This document shows positions 26,211 through 38,599 of a stretch of 64,000 nt of DNA, in pieces. Every line of letters begins with the position of its first letter. The stretch's first letter is position 1. A program made the translations under genes and the position numbers. The stretch lies in contig NC_043009.1 of assembly GCF_006345805.1 (NCBI RefSeq), forward strand, positions 41,168,001 to 41,232,000. The letters run 5' to 3'. Source of the stretch: Octopus sinensis (Eukaryota). Under the pieces are notes generated by a model that saw only the letters and a list, made by a program, of their open reading frames with translations, was not told the origin of the DNA and made no database searches.

Positions 26211-27140
26211 GTGATTATATATATATATATATATATATATACCACACACACACATATAGATATATATATATATATATATATAATATATATATATTTACAA
26301 ATGCCGGCATACATGAATATACATGTGTTCATGTGTGTGAAAATCAGTAACTTTAAGGTGAAAAAAATCATATGATCATATGAGTGATCAGACTATCAGA
26401 TGTTGTTACATATCGCTGGTCACAATGCACTTTGCATGGTTTTAGCCTTCGAACGATGCTACCCTGCTTGATGTGTGAGCAGGCCAACATTCATGGTCTG
26501 ATTGAAAGGGGGACTGGAGTAACATGAAATGAAGTGATTTAACAACACAGCACACTGCCTGGTCTTGGAATTGAATCACGATCTAGAAATCATGAGTGCA
26601 ACAGCCTAATCACTGGGCCATGTGCCTTCACATGTTGAAAAATACAAGACAAAAAATAAATAAATAAAATATTGTAAGGAAGCTCAATGGCTTAGTGAAA
26701 CACCCTAGCCTTTATACCGGAAGCCCTGCAGTGTTTGTGTGTTTAAGTGCACCTAAAACAAAGTGGAGCTAGGTCACCAAAAAGTAAGTAAAAAAACAGA
26801 AAGCAAAACCCAAATATTTGAATAGGAAATAACCTATTGTTATTAGATAATGATAGAAGTATGTTGTAAGAGGCCATCAGAGTTATTGAGAGAAATGAAA
26901 AGTTGATGAGGGGAGGAGTATGCATTTGTGAATGTGTAGATATGAGTGTATCTATATTTGTATATGTGTAAATATGTGGGTTTGTATATTTGTAAATATG
27001 TGTGTGTATGTGATTGCATATAAGTATATATGCCTGAGACTGTATGTGTATAAATGGGGGTCTCATTGTATATGTGTAATGAAGTGTGTGCTTGTGACTA
27101 TATATATGTGCATGTGTGTGTGTGTGTGTGTGTGTATACA

Positions 27141-28021
27141 TGTGGTCTGATCAATAAGTATCTGGACTGTTGCCATAGTGATGAAGCTAAAGCATGCAGA
27201 GTGAAGCCACTCGGCACAGATTGACCTTAAAATCTGCTGTACATGCACACTAAGTTTTAACATGCTAGCTCACTTCTGCTGCTTACAGCAGTGTTTGGAA
27301 GGAAGGTGTGTAGCATGTGATCGTCACATTGATTATGACAGAGAAAGCTGAGTAGAGAATTTGCATCAAATTTTGCCAAAAGCTTGGTGATACCTGCTCA
27401 GAGGCCTATGCAAAGTTTGCAAGAAGTTTTTATCGTTCTCGACACAATCAAGATCTTGTGCAACTGAAACCCAAGTGTCTTCTTGATCAGTTGAAAGCAG
27501 TTTGGGCACCAACTTGGCAGACACGTGTCTCATGCCCAAATCTTCAGTGATAATGGACTGAACTGAACAAATCTGCACTTCCTCTGATAACTCATGGATG
27601 GATTCAGCAATTTCCCCTCACAGCTGCATGCACATCTGCAATGTTTTTCTCAATACTTCTGGTTGTGGGTCTCCCCAAACGTTCATCAATATTGACATTT
27701 TTTTTGGCCAACATGGAAATGCCTGAAACACTCGTACACTTGTCTGCGACTCATACACTCCTCTCCATACACTTTCTGCAACTTTGTCTAGGCCTTTGAG
27801 CAGGTATCACCATGACAACTTTCTCTGACATGATCAATGTGATGATCACACACTACACAACTTCCTTCTAAACACTGCTGTAAACAGGAGAAGTGAGCTA
27901 GAATGTTAAAACTTAGTGTGCATGAACAACTCAGTTCAAGGTCACTTTGCCAAGCACTTTCACTCTGTGCTTTAGCTTTGTTACTATGGCAACAATCCAA
28001 ATACTTAATGATCAGATCTCA
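27141..28021. mobile_element. Fold-back mariner derivative composed of two inverted left ends
   Basis: 27141-27420 is the reverse complement of about 27750-28021; both arms carry TIR plus start of transposase; minus strand continues to ITEDLGMRHVSAKLVPKLLSTDQ (mariner linker); TA after right end. Confidence 0.85.
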
Positions 28022-29034
28022 TATATATATATATAATATATATATATATATTATATATATACATACACACACACACTTAAACATCATAATCGTTTAACAT
28101 CCACTTGCCATGCAGGCATGAGTTGGACGGTTTGACAGGAGCTGACTATATAGAAGAATACCCCAGGTTACTGTGTATGTATATGTGTGTATGTATATAC
28201 ACACACACACACAAATGCATGTGTGTCTGTGACTATATCTATATATCTATGTCTATATATGTACAGATCTCTGTAACTGTATATGTATGAACGTGTGTTT
28301 CTGTGAATGTGAAAATATGTGTGCGTGCATTTGTATGCATGTGACATTGTGTAATGGGTGAGGAGAAAATGTTGGGTTTTATCTTTCTATGTTTCATATG
28401 TACTTCACAGGTAGCCTTTCATCTTTCTTTCATCCAAGAATTATTTTCGTAATATAAAGATATAGCAACCTATTTATTTATAGTTATATACAGTTGGAGG
28501 TACACTGTTTAAATGATAAACTTAATCTATGTGCATATGTTAATTAGGCATGTGTGTGTGTGTGTGTTTGTGTGAGTGTGCACACGCATATACATAATTC
28601 TGGTAGCTATTTTGAAAATGGTTATACAAACATATGTGCATATATGTATGTGTATATGTATATAGATATATATATATATACACATATATATAAATATATA
28701 TATACACACACACACACACATACATATATATATATGTATTATTATATACTTATGTATTTTATATATATATATTTCGTTTTTGGATTTGGTTTGCAAGATT
28801 CTTTCTGTGAGTTCGTGTGTTGAAGCATATTCTGTTGTGTCTGGGGAGAGTCATTTTCTTTTGTGCCGTATAATTTAACACACACACCGGTAAAATTTCC
28901 ACTTATATCTTATTGAAAAGGTTGCAAGACACAACGAAAATTTTAGGAAAATAAGAAACAAGTGGAAATTTTACCAGTGAGTATGTTAAATTTATAAAGC
29001 ACAAAAAGAAAATGACTCTCCGCTAACACAACAG

Positions 29035-29067
<33 letters not shown>

Positions 29068-29087
29068 TATATACATATGTATACGAC

Positions 29088-29585
29088 ATCATCATCATCA
29101 TCATTTAACATCCGCTTTCCATGCTGGCATGGGTTGGATGGTTTGACTAACGACTGGCGAGCTAGAAGGCTGCACCAGGCTACAGTCTGATCTGGCAAAG
29201 TTTATAGTTGGATGCCCTTCCTAGAGCCAACCACTCCAAGAGTGTAGTGGGTGTTTTTACGTGCCACCAGCACGAGGGACAGTCAGGTGGTTCTGGCTAC
29301 CTGCACGGGAACCAGTCCAGCAGCACTGACAACAATCACGCTCGAATGTTGTTTTTCATGTGCTAGTAAGGTGACGCTGGCAACGATCATGCTCGAATGA
29401 TGCTTTTTACGTGCTACTGGCATGAGTGCCAATCAGGCAGTACTGTCATCGATTTTGATTTTGATTTCACTTGCCTCAACAGGTCTTCGCAAGCAAAGTT
29501 TATTGTGCAATGAATGAGGGGTACTCATAAGTAGGCTGGTTACACCCACTGGTATAGGCCATGGGTTATGGTCACACTTGGCTTG
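29088..29585 (-). mobile_element. RTE LINE complete 3'UTR, truncated at ORF2 stop
   Basis: Runs from (CAT)n tail to CACTTGGCTTG, the reverse complement of the CAAGCCAAGTG ORF end. Confidence 0.8.
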
Positions 29586-30299
29586 TAGATGTAAGATTAC
29601 CCTGTAGATGTAAGACACAGAGGACACGAGAGAGAGAGAGAGCACAAGAAAGGGAGAGAAAGAGAAAGAGCATGAGAGAGAGAGCGAAAGAAAGAGAGCA
29701 TGCAAGAGAGAGAAAGAAAAGACTGGTGCATGTAGTTATTTACAACTGTGAAGTTATGTTTATATATACCAAAGTGAAATGTTATATAGAAACAATTATT
29801 CATATAACAGCACACGCATTTATACTGGGGGTAAAAGGCCTATGTGCAAACAACCATGGATGAGTGAATGAATTCATGTGTGCATGAAACTAAGGCGGTA
29901 TGTATGTCTATGAGTATCACTATAGTTGTTTTAATGTCCACTTTCCTATGCTTGCATGGGTCAGATGGAATTTGTCGAGGCAGATGCCTTTCCAGTCGCT
30001 AACACTCACCTGTTTGCTAAGTAATGTTTATCCATGGTCAGACTGGAAATGAACACTATTATCATCATCATTTAACGTCTGTTCTCCATGCTGGCATATG
30101 TTGGATGGTTTAACAGGGGCTGGTGAACCAGAAAATTGCACCAGACTTCACTACCTGTTTTTTTTACGGCTGGATGCCCTTCCAAAAACCAACCACCTAA
30201 CAAAGTGGATGGAGACACGTGTCTCAGAGGTTAGAGCATCAGGCTTACAACCGTGAGATTGCGAGTTCAATTCTTGGACCAGGCTGTGAATAATAATAA

Positions 30300-31366
30300 T
30301 CCTTACTATTATAAGTACAAGGTCTGAAATTTGATGGGTAGAAGGGACTAGTCGATTGCCTCAACCTCTCTGCTTGACTAGTACTTATTCTATCACCCCA
30401 GAAAGGATGGAAAGCAAATTCAACCAGGGTGGAACTTGAACCAAGAACAAAGAGATGGAAAAAATGCCACTAAGCATTTTGTTCAGAGTATTAATGACTT
30501 TGCTAGCTAACGACCTTAACCCTATAGCATTGAAACCAGCCATAACCAGCTAAAATATTCTATATGTTTTAAGTTCAAACCAGCGAAATCTGTCCTCTCA
30601 CTCCAACCCAACAACAACATTCTAAAAATTAACAGTTACATCATCGAATTCTCAAACCTAGGACACAACATATGATTCATTCAAAACAATATCATTAAAT
30701 AAACATTAAATTTGCTAGAGTTAAATTGTTAACGGAATAATAATAATAATAATGATAATAATAATAATAATAATAATGATAATAATAATAATCTTTTCTA
30801 CTAAAGGCACAAGACTGGAAATTTGTGGGGAGGGGACTAGTAGATTAAATCGACCCCAGTGTTTCACTAGTACTTAATTTATTGACCCTTAAAGGATGAC
30901 AGGCAAAATTTGAACTCAGAACATAAGGAAGAATGAAATGCCGCTTGCTGCCTTAAAAATAATGATGAGGAGGAAGGCGGTGAGCTGGCAGCATCATTAG
31001 CATGCCTGGCGAAATGCTTAGTGGTACTTCGTCTGCCACTACGTTCTGTGTTCAAATTCCGCCAAGGTCAACTTAGCCTTTCATCTTTTCGGGGTCGATT
31101 AAATAAATACCATTTACGCACTGGAGTTGATATAATTGACTTAATCCATTTGTCTGTCCTTGTTTGTCCCCTTTGTGTGTAGCCCCTTGTAAAGAAATAG
31201 ATATTTCATCTGCCGCTACGTTCCAAGTTCAAATTACGCCGAGGTTGACCTTAACTTTAATTCTTTCGGGGTTGATAAATTAAGTACCAGTTGTGTACTG
31301 GGGTCGATTTAATCAAATGATCCCCTCCCCAAAAATTTCGGGCCTTGTGCCTAGAGTAGAAAAGAA
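30300..31366. mobile_element. Cluster of four family A SINE copies, a piggyBac-type MITE (30520-30725) and a (TAA)n tract
   Basis: Minus copies about 30300-30515 and 30790-30957; plus copies 30976-31200 and 31200-31366; TTAACCCTATAGCATT at 30516. Confidence 0.8.
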
Positions 31367-31383
31367 TAATGATGATGAGGAGG

Positions 31384-31720
31384 ATTTCTTTTAATAACCA
31401 CAAAGGTCCAAGACATTGACAACAATATCATACGACAAAATATAACACACACAACTGGGGTTTTTACAGTGATTAAAAGGCAATCAACAACAATAAGGAT
31501 ATAACAAAAGATATATAAATAAAATTGAGGAAAAAGAAAAAAAATGAATGAATGAATAAGATCCCCAATAGCAGGCAGTCCATCTAGGGTAATCGAGGAA
31601 AACCCCACACAAAAGGCCCAAGGTCACTCTGCTGGCTCCAAAACATCGAAGTGCCCTCTTCCCGTTCCTTTCCTCCTTAGGAGACTGTACTCAGAGTAGG
31701 CCTATTCAGACTCACCAACA
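31384..31720 (-). mobile_element. Probable Tx1-like LINE 3'UTR (second family)
   Basis: Minus strand ends CCTTTGTGGTTATTAAAAGAAAT and carries CTTTTGTGTGGGGTTTTCC and TGTAAAAACCCC, resembling motifs in the 3'UTR at 36410-36608. Confidence 0.55.
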
Positions 31721-32794
31721 AGCATGCATGCTTACACAGAAATGGGAATGAGTATGTGTTATCATCAAATGGATTGTTGTTGTGTCATAAGTTAATGAGA
31801 ACTAAGTGCTTCCTTCCTTTCATTAATGGTAAAAAGAAAAATAAATAAATAGATAAACCAGAAAATTAACCATTTTTCTAAGATGCTAACTTTATTTCGT
31901 TTTTTTCTCTTTTTTTTTTCCTTTTTTTTTTCTTTCGAAAACTATCACTTTGGTTTAGTAGTTAAAGTGGAAAATAAACCAAGAGCTAACAAAAAGAAAC
32001 AAGCACAAAGCTAAATAGATAGATAAATAAATAAATAAATAAATAAACAAATTTGATAAAAATATTCAAATAAAATTAATAAATAAATAAATAAATAAAC
32101 GACAGAGAGCAAAATTAATTCAAATTAAAGAATTCTGAAATATTTGTATAATAAAAGTTGAATATAGAAAACAAAATATTATCTGTGAGTGTGTGTGTGT
32201 GTATGTGTGGGTTTCATTTTTGAATAGGTTAAGGAAAAAGAAAAACAACAAACAACAAAAATATTGTTCGTTTCTAAAGAGATATAATGTGGCGTATGTT
32301 AATTATTCTGTTAACGCAGACTGAAAAATTTAACCATCTAATCAACTCCCATAAACTGTTAGTGTTGTAAGGCTGGTGATTTGTAAATACAAGTTTACGT
32401 GGAAGCGAATTTATAATGAATATGGCATAAACGTGCGTGTCTGTGTGTATATATACATGTGTATGTATATGCATGTATGTGTGTGGATATATTTGTTTAC
32501 TTGTTTTATGGCCCTTCTTTTCCATGTTAGTGTGCATTAAACATATATAAACACATACACACACACTTATAGAACACACATACACACACACTTATATAAC
32601 ACACATTACACACACACTTATATAACACATATTACACATACATAAATACATCTATTAAAGCAGCTGAAGATGGGATAAGCTTCATGTTGTTTATTTCTCG
32701 TGTTCTTTTTGCTTTCTAGGTTGTCTTTCATTGAGATTCTAGTTCTTGCAGGGTTAAAGAAGTTCTTGGTTTATAGTGGTTTCAATACCTCTTT

Positions 32795-33080
32795 CTTTGC
32801 TACCCACAAGGGGCTAAACACAGAGAGGACAAACAAGGACAGACAAACGGATTAAGTTGATTATATCGACCTCAGTGCGTAACTGGTACTTAATTTATTG
32901 ACCCCAAAAGGATGAAAGGCAAAGTTGACCTCAGTGCGTAACTGGTACTTAATTTATCGACCCCAAAAGGATGAAAGGCAAAGTCGACTTCGGCGGAATT
33001 TGAACTCAGAACGTAACGGCAGACGAAATACGGCCACGCATTTCACCCGGCGTGCTAACGTTTCTGCCAGCTCGCAGCCT
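32795..33080 (-). mobile_element. SINE family A with internal 59-bp tandem duplication
   Basis: GACCTCAGTGCGTAACTGG at 32868 and 32927. Confidence 0.9.
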
Positions 33081-33220
33081 TGGTTTCAATACCAACCAGC
33101 TCAAGACTGTCCCTGGTTCTATAATGCGAAGTTCAAATTTGAACCCTTTACCATTCAGATTACTTTGTCAAATGTAATGCTTATTTATTCACATTGTTTT
33201 TTTTTAATCAATCATAAGAG

Positions 33221-33605
33221 CAAGCATGGCAGTGTGGTAAGAAGCTTGCTTCCCAACCATATGGTTCCAGGTTCAGTCCCACTGCATGACACTTTGGACA
33301 AGCACCTTCTACTATTGCTTTGAAAGCCTTGTGAGTAGATTTGGTAGACAGAAACTGAAAGAAGCCCATCGTATACACATATATGTGTGTATGTGTGTCT
33401 TCAAGTATTTGTTCCCCTCCACCACTTGAAAACACCCGTTGGTGTGTTTACGTCCCTGTAATTTAGTGGTTCAGCAAAAAGAGATCAATAGAATAAGTTC
33501 CAGGCTTTAAAAACAAAAAGTCTTGGAGTTGATTTGTTAGATTAAAACCCTCCAAGGTGGTGCCGCAGTCAAATGACTGAAACGATAGGTAAAAGATAAA
33601 AGAAA
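33221..33605 (+). mobile_element. SINE family B
   Basis: Colinear with 4159-4572. Confidence 0.85.
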
Positions 33606-34141
33606 TAATCTTGTGGCATAGAGATTTCAATGATATGGATGTTTATTCTTAGAATGACATTGTAGGGTAGGTATGAGAGGCCAAGAAGAAGAAGAAGAAA
33701 TGAAAATAGAGAAAAACATCACTGAAACAAACAATTTCCCCCCTCTCCCCCTTCTGTCTATCCAACAAATATTCGCAATCATAATATGCATCCACACATA
33801 CATACATGATCACAAATGCATACACACACACACACACACAGATACAAACACAACTTAACACTTATACACAAGACTTTTCAAGTATTTTTTTTTCCTCCTC
33901 CTCAGAACTTTCCACTTAACCGTTTTTCACAGGAATTTCTCCCCTTCCAATTCTCATTTGATTATTTTAGCATTCATTTATAATTTGCATTTAGTTTTTG
34001 CATTTAGTTTTATACTATTCCTCTATTGCCATTATTTATCTTTATGAATTGTTGTTGTTGTTATTAAAAAATATATAGTAAATCACTTAACATTATTCTT
34101 ATTATTATTACTATTATCGTCATTATTATTATTACTATGAT

Positions 34142-34355
34142 AAGGTAGTGAGCTGGCAGAATTATTAACACACTGGGCAAAATATTAAGAAGCATTTCTT
34201 CTGGTTTTACATCCTGAGTTCAAATTCTGCTGAAGTCAACTTTGCCTTTCATGCTTTCGGGGTTGATAAAATAAGTACCAGTGGAGCACAGGGGTTGCAG
34301 TAATTGACTAGCACCCTCCCCCAAATTTCAGGCCTAGTGCCTATAGTAAAAAGGA
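34142..34355 (+). mobile_element. SINE family A flanked by (ATT)n
   Basis: Family A head and core; ATT tracts on both sides. Confidence 0.85.
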
Positions 34356-34371
34356 CAATCATTATTATTAC

Positions 34372-34920
34372 TGAGTGAGAGCACAGTGCATGCCATCAAA
34401 GTGACACTGGGGTAAAATATGGGAAGCCCAGTATACCCATCATGACTACCTGTCTGATAAGGGTACACCAGGCACATGCATCTTAACCAGATGTGTGTGA
34501 CATGGTGGTCTTATATCAAGAAAACAGCACATGACCTTGCAGGTGGGGCCCAGTTAGAATTTTCTTCAGGTCAAATAACCCATCCCACTCAACAGGTCCC
34601 TGAATAAGGTTTGTTTTAAGGGCAATGAAGAAAATACCCGTGTTCCCAGAGGTGAATGATTCAAACCCTACAAAATTCTTCTCAACTCATGATGCTCCCC
34701 CACTACTTCTGCTCGTGATCAGAGATGCACATATCGTCAGCCACTAAATGACATGCTCAACTGGTTAACGTCAGACAACTGACAAGTAAATCTGTGGTAC
34801 TGAGCAGAATATTTGCTGTAGCTCCTCTTTTATACTAAGACAAAATAATGTACATGATAACACTTTCAATCAGTTAAGATCAAAAGCCATGGGAGCCACT
34901 GCCTGGTACTGCAACAGGGC
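34372..34920. mobile_element. Unclassified ~540-bp interspersed element, copy 1
   Basis: TGAGTGAGAG...GCCATCAAAGTGACACTGGGG to CCTGGTACTGCAACAGGGC; colinear with copies 2 and 3. Confidence 0.85.
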
Positions 34921-34938
34921 AATGATTATTATTATTAT

Positions 34939-35471
34939 TGAGTGAAAGAGCAATGCACGCCATCAAAATGACACTGAAGTACAGCTATGCGAAGATCAAT
35001 ATACCCATCTAATACCAGTCTAATAAGGGTACACCAGGCTCAGGTGCTATATCCATGTGTGTGACATAGTGATCTTATATCAAAATAAACAGTGCATGAC
35101 CTTGCAGGTTAGACCTAGTTAGAATTTTCTCTAGGTTGAGTAGCCTATCTCACTCAAAAGGTCCTTTTGTTAAAGGATGATGAACAAAACGATAATGTTT
35201 CCAGAGGTGAATTATTCAAATCCCAAAGAATCTTTCTCAGCAAATATCTATGATGCTTCCAGACTACTCCTGCTCGTAATCAGAACTGCACATAATGTCA
35301 GCTACTAAGCAACATACTCAGCTGGTTAAGGTCAAGTGACAGACAAGCAAATCAACAGTATTGAGAAGTATATTTGCTGTAGCCCAACTTTTACACCAAG
35401 AAAAAACATATACATGATAACACATCCAGTCAGTTAAGATCAGAAGCAATGATAGCCACTAACACCAGGGC
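34939..35471. mobile_element. Unclassified ~540-bp interspersed element, copy 2
   Basis: Head-to-tail with copy 1, separated by (ATT)n; diverged from it. Confidence 0.85.
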
Positions 35472-35484
35472 ATTATTATTATTA

Positions 35485-36612
35485 GGCACTCCATCTGCTG
35501 TCAACAGCCGCTGAATGGAGGGTTGGGTATGCTGTGGTTACTGATGTGCAGACATGCACTGAGGTTGTGGCATCTTCAGCGTTTCCTTGACGGTAAGCAG
35601 GTGTGGTCACCATTTGTAAGACATGCTTTTCCAAAGTTTGTCACGTTGACTGAGCTGCAATCCTGGATTAGGCATAGACCGAGGAGGGGCCATCAAGTGC
35701 TCACAGCCCACTCCCAGGTGGACAATGTGGTCGGTGGTAGTTCTACGCTAGCGTTCTATAGAGGGCTAGTGGAATGAAAGTGTGACGACGTTCTCGGGGA
35801 AACTCTGGGCATCGATTAAGATAAAATAACCGGCCTGTCTCAGAGAACTTTCAGGCCTGGACCTATGGATAACTTCCAGAAATCCCTTGCCTGGCAATGC
35901 TACCAAGGGGCGCTGCCTGTTCCAGATAAACTTTACAGACATGCAAGTGCCGTCAGCCAGGCCTACCTGAGGTGCACCCAGAATGATGAAACTGTTCTGC
36001 ACGCCCTAGTCCAGTGCCCAAGTATTGCTGACCTGTGGGTGTATGTCGAACACCTGCTGTCGCATGTAGGACACATCCAGCTGTCAGCTGACTCCATTGT
36101 GAAAATTGCCCTGCCACCCTCTTTTGTCCAGGAGGGGAAGGCAATTTTTATTTGTCTAGTGGCTGTAGTGAAAATGGTAGTATGGTGAACCCATTTGAAA
36201 GGGCTAAAGACAAGCACTTTCCTCTTTGGCCAAGCCCTCATCAACTTTTTCAAGTTTCACTTGAAAGGAAGTTGAGGGTGAAGAGGCAAGTGTTGCCTGG
36301 TAGCAAGTTTGTTGAAAGGTGGATGAATGTTGGAAGAATGGCCAGTGTGAAAGGACCAATTCTAAGCGTGTACCTGTAAACAAAAGAAGGACTCTTACCC
36401 AGTTGTTCAAGCACCTGTGGCTTTTGTGGGTCTTTCCATGAGGTCTTTAAAGTGTTTCCCCTATTGGAAGTTTTAAATCAATTTTTAATCATTATATATA
36501 TATATTGTTTACACATTGTAAAACCCATTGTATCATCCTGTTTTTGTCTTTTATGTTGTATGTGTTTTAACGTAATTTTATGTAAGCCCTTGTGGCCAAT
36601 AAACAAATTAAT
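35485..36612 (+). mobile_element. 5'-truncated Tx1/L1-type LINE: ORF2 C-terminus with CCHC zinc knuckle plus 3'UTR
   Basis: KSLAWQCYQGALPV...LRCTQNDETVLHALVQCPSIADLW matches the zf-RVT pattern (W....ALP...C..C..ET..H....C....W); in-frame stops; 3'UTR ends AATAAACAAAT followed by (ATT)n. Confidence 0.85.
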
Positions 36613-36619
36613 TTATTAA

Positions 36620-36651
<32 letters not shown>

Positions 36652-36652
<1 letters not shown>

Positions 36653-36840
36653 GGCAGTGAGCTACCAGAATCGTTAGCATACTGGGCAAAATGCTTAGAA
36701 GTATTTCGTCTGTCTTTACATTCTGAGTTAAAATTCCACCGAGGTCGACAACCTGGTTGGAATTTGAACTCAGAACATAAAGACGGACAAAATGGCACTA
36801 AGCAATTTGCTTTGCATGCTAACAATTCAGCCAGCTCCCT
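36652..36840. mobile_element. Fold-back dimer of family A SINE 5' halves
   Basis: Plus-strand 5' half joined at GTCGAC (36744-36749) to a minus-strand 5' half. Confidence 0.85.
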
Positions 36841-36971
36841 CTACTACAACTACTACTACTACAATAAGCCCCTGGATGTCTCTGGTTGACACATGGGTGC
36901 ATCTTGTATAAATTAAAGCAAAACCAAAAGATCATTATTATTAAGTGATAACAACAACAACAACAATAATA

Positions 36972-37002
<31 letters not shown>

Positions 37003-37180
37003 TAATAATAATATGAAACAAACTCAAAGAGAGCCTAAAGAGAGTATATATCACAGTAAAAGTAGTTTTGATGTGGAATAATTCCATGGTTTAATACACA
37101 GTAAATTTCTTAGTTGGAAAATCAATACAAATCAAAGGTTAGCGATACATTTATCATCATTATTATTATTATTATTATTA

Positions 37181-37212
<32 letters not shown>

Positions 37213-37789
37213 GTTATTGTTGTTGTTGTTGCTTTTGTTGTCATCATTGATGTTGTTATTATTTCCTTATTTTCGCTCCAGAGTTTGCATTTTTGTTAGG
37301 GTTTTTTTTTGTTGTCATTTGTGTCATTTTTTGGGGTTTTTTTTTTTTACGCTTGCTTTTTACCTTGTCAAATGTTCTTGCTTTTTTTTTCTTTTAATTA
37401 TTTCGTTGAGGGAATTGATGTGGGTTGTGTGTGGTTCTGTATGAGAGAGAGAGAGAGAGAGAGAGAGAAAGTGTGTGTGTGTGAGTTTATTGTCAGCTAA
37501 TCTGCGATGTTTCTCAAAATGCATGTGTGTACATGCATTGTCAATGTGCATATATGTGTGTGTATATTCATGTCTGTACATATGTATGTATGTGTTAGCA
37601 TGTGTATGTGTGTATGAGTGAAAGAGCAGCGAATGTTCTGCTTCCTTTTTCAAAATGCATTCATTTTTTTTTTTCTTTCTTGATGTGCATCAGATGCATG
37701 CATGTGTGTGTACAAGTGAGTATGCAGGGTTTTGCTTCATTTTTCAAAATTGTGTTAATTTTTATTCTGCAGTGTGCATTAATTGTAAA

Positions 37790-37822
<33 letters not shown>

Positions 37823-37879
37823 AACAGTGCATGTCACATACTTCAAAGTGCATTTTCTGTATCTGTTTGTGTCGTTTAG

Positions 37880-38230
37880 CTTTTAAGCACTTCAGCTATT
37901 GGACTGTGGCCATGCTGGGGCACTACCTTGAAGAGTTTAGTCAAACAAATCTACACCAATACTTTATTTATTTGAAAGTCTAGTCCTTACTCTACCAGTT
38001 ACTTTTGCCAAACAGCTAAGTTATGGGGATGAAAACAAACCAACAGCGGTTGTCAAGCATAATTAGATGACTATAAATAAAGACACACACACACACAGAG
38101 TTTCTGTCTACCAAATTCAGTCACAAGACATTCGATGGCCTGCTTGGGGCTATAGCAGGAGACACTTGCCAAAGGTGGGACTGAACCAAAAACCAGATGA
38201 TTACAAAACAAGCTTTGTAACCATGCTGCC
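37880..38230 (-). mobile_element. SINE family B, diverged
   Basis: GGCCATGCTGGGGCACTACC tail through GGGACTGAACC B-box, reverse strand. Confidence 0.8.
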
Positions 38231-38599
38231 TATCAATAAACATATCTGTTCATAAGTGCATTTCTTGTACGTGTGCATGTGTTGCACGAGTATGCATGCA
38301 TTCTATGAACCTGTGCATGTATTCTTTGGATGTGTGTATTTGAGCGGGTGAATTTGTGTAGATGTTACAATACTGGCAATAACATGCATGCATGTGTGTG
38401 TGCGAGAGAGAAGAGAAGAGAGAGAGAGATAAGTTGCTTTATATTCCTCAAAATATCAGAGTTTTAAAACATTTGTTAACAGTTATTTCTGTTTTTTTAC
38501 AATAATATTGGCAAATACTTAGAAAATACCAAACAGCAAATAAAAGAAAGCAAACGGGGGTGAGATTGTAACAAAAATTGATATTATTCCTTTAATCTA

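Noticed and set aside
29599-29622. TACCCTGTAGAT, identical to the start of miR-10
   Set aside because: Remainder diverges, no hairpin; part of a short GTAGATGTAAGA duplication at a LINE junction.
34900-34920. CCTGGTACTGCA similarity to U2 snRNA 3' stem-loop
   Set aside because: Only about 12 nt; no other U2 features in the 540-bp element.
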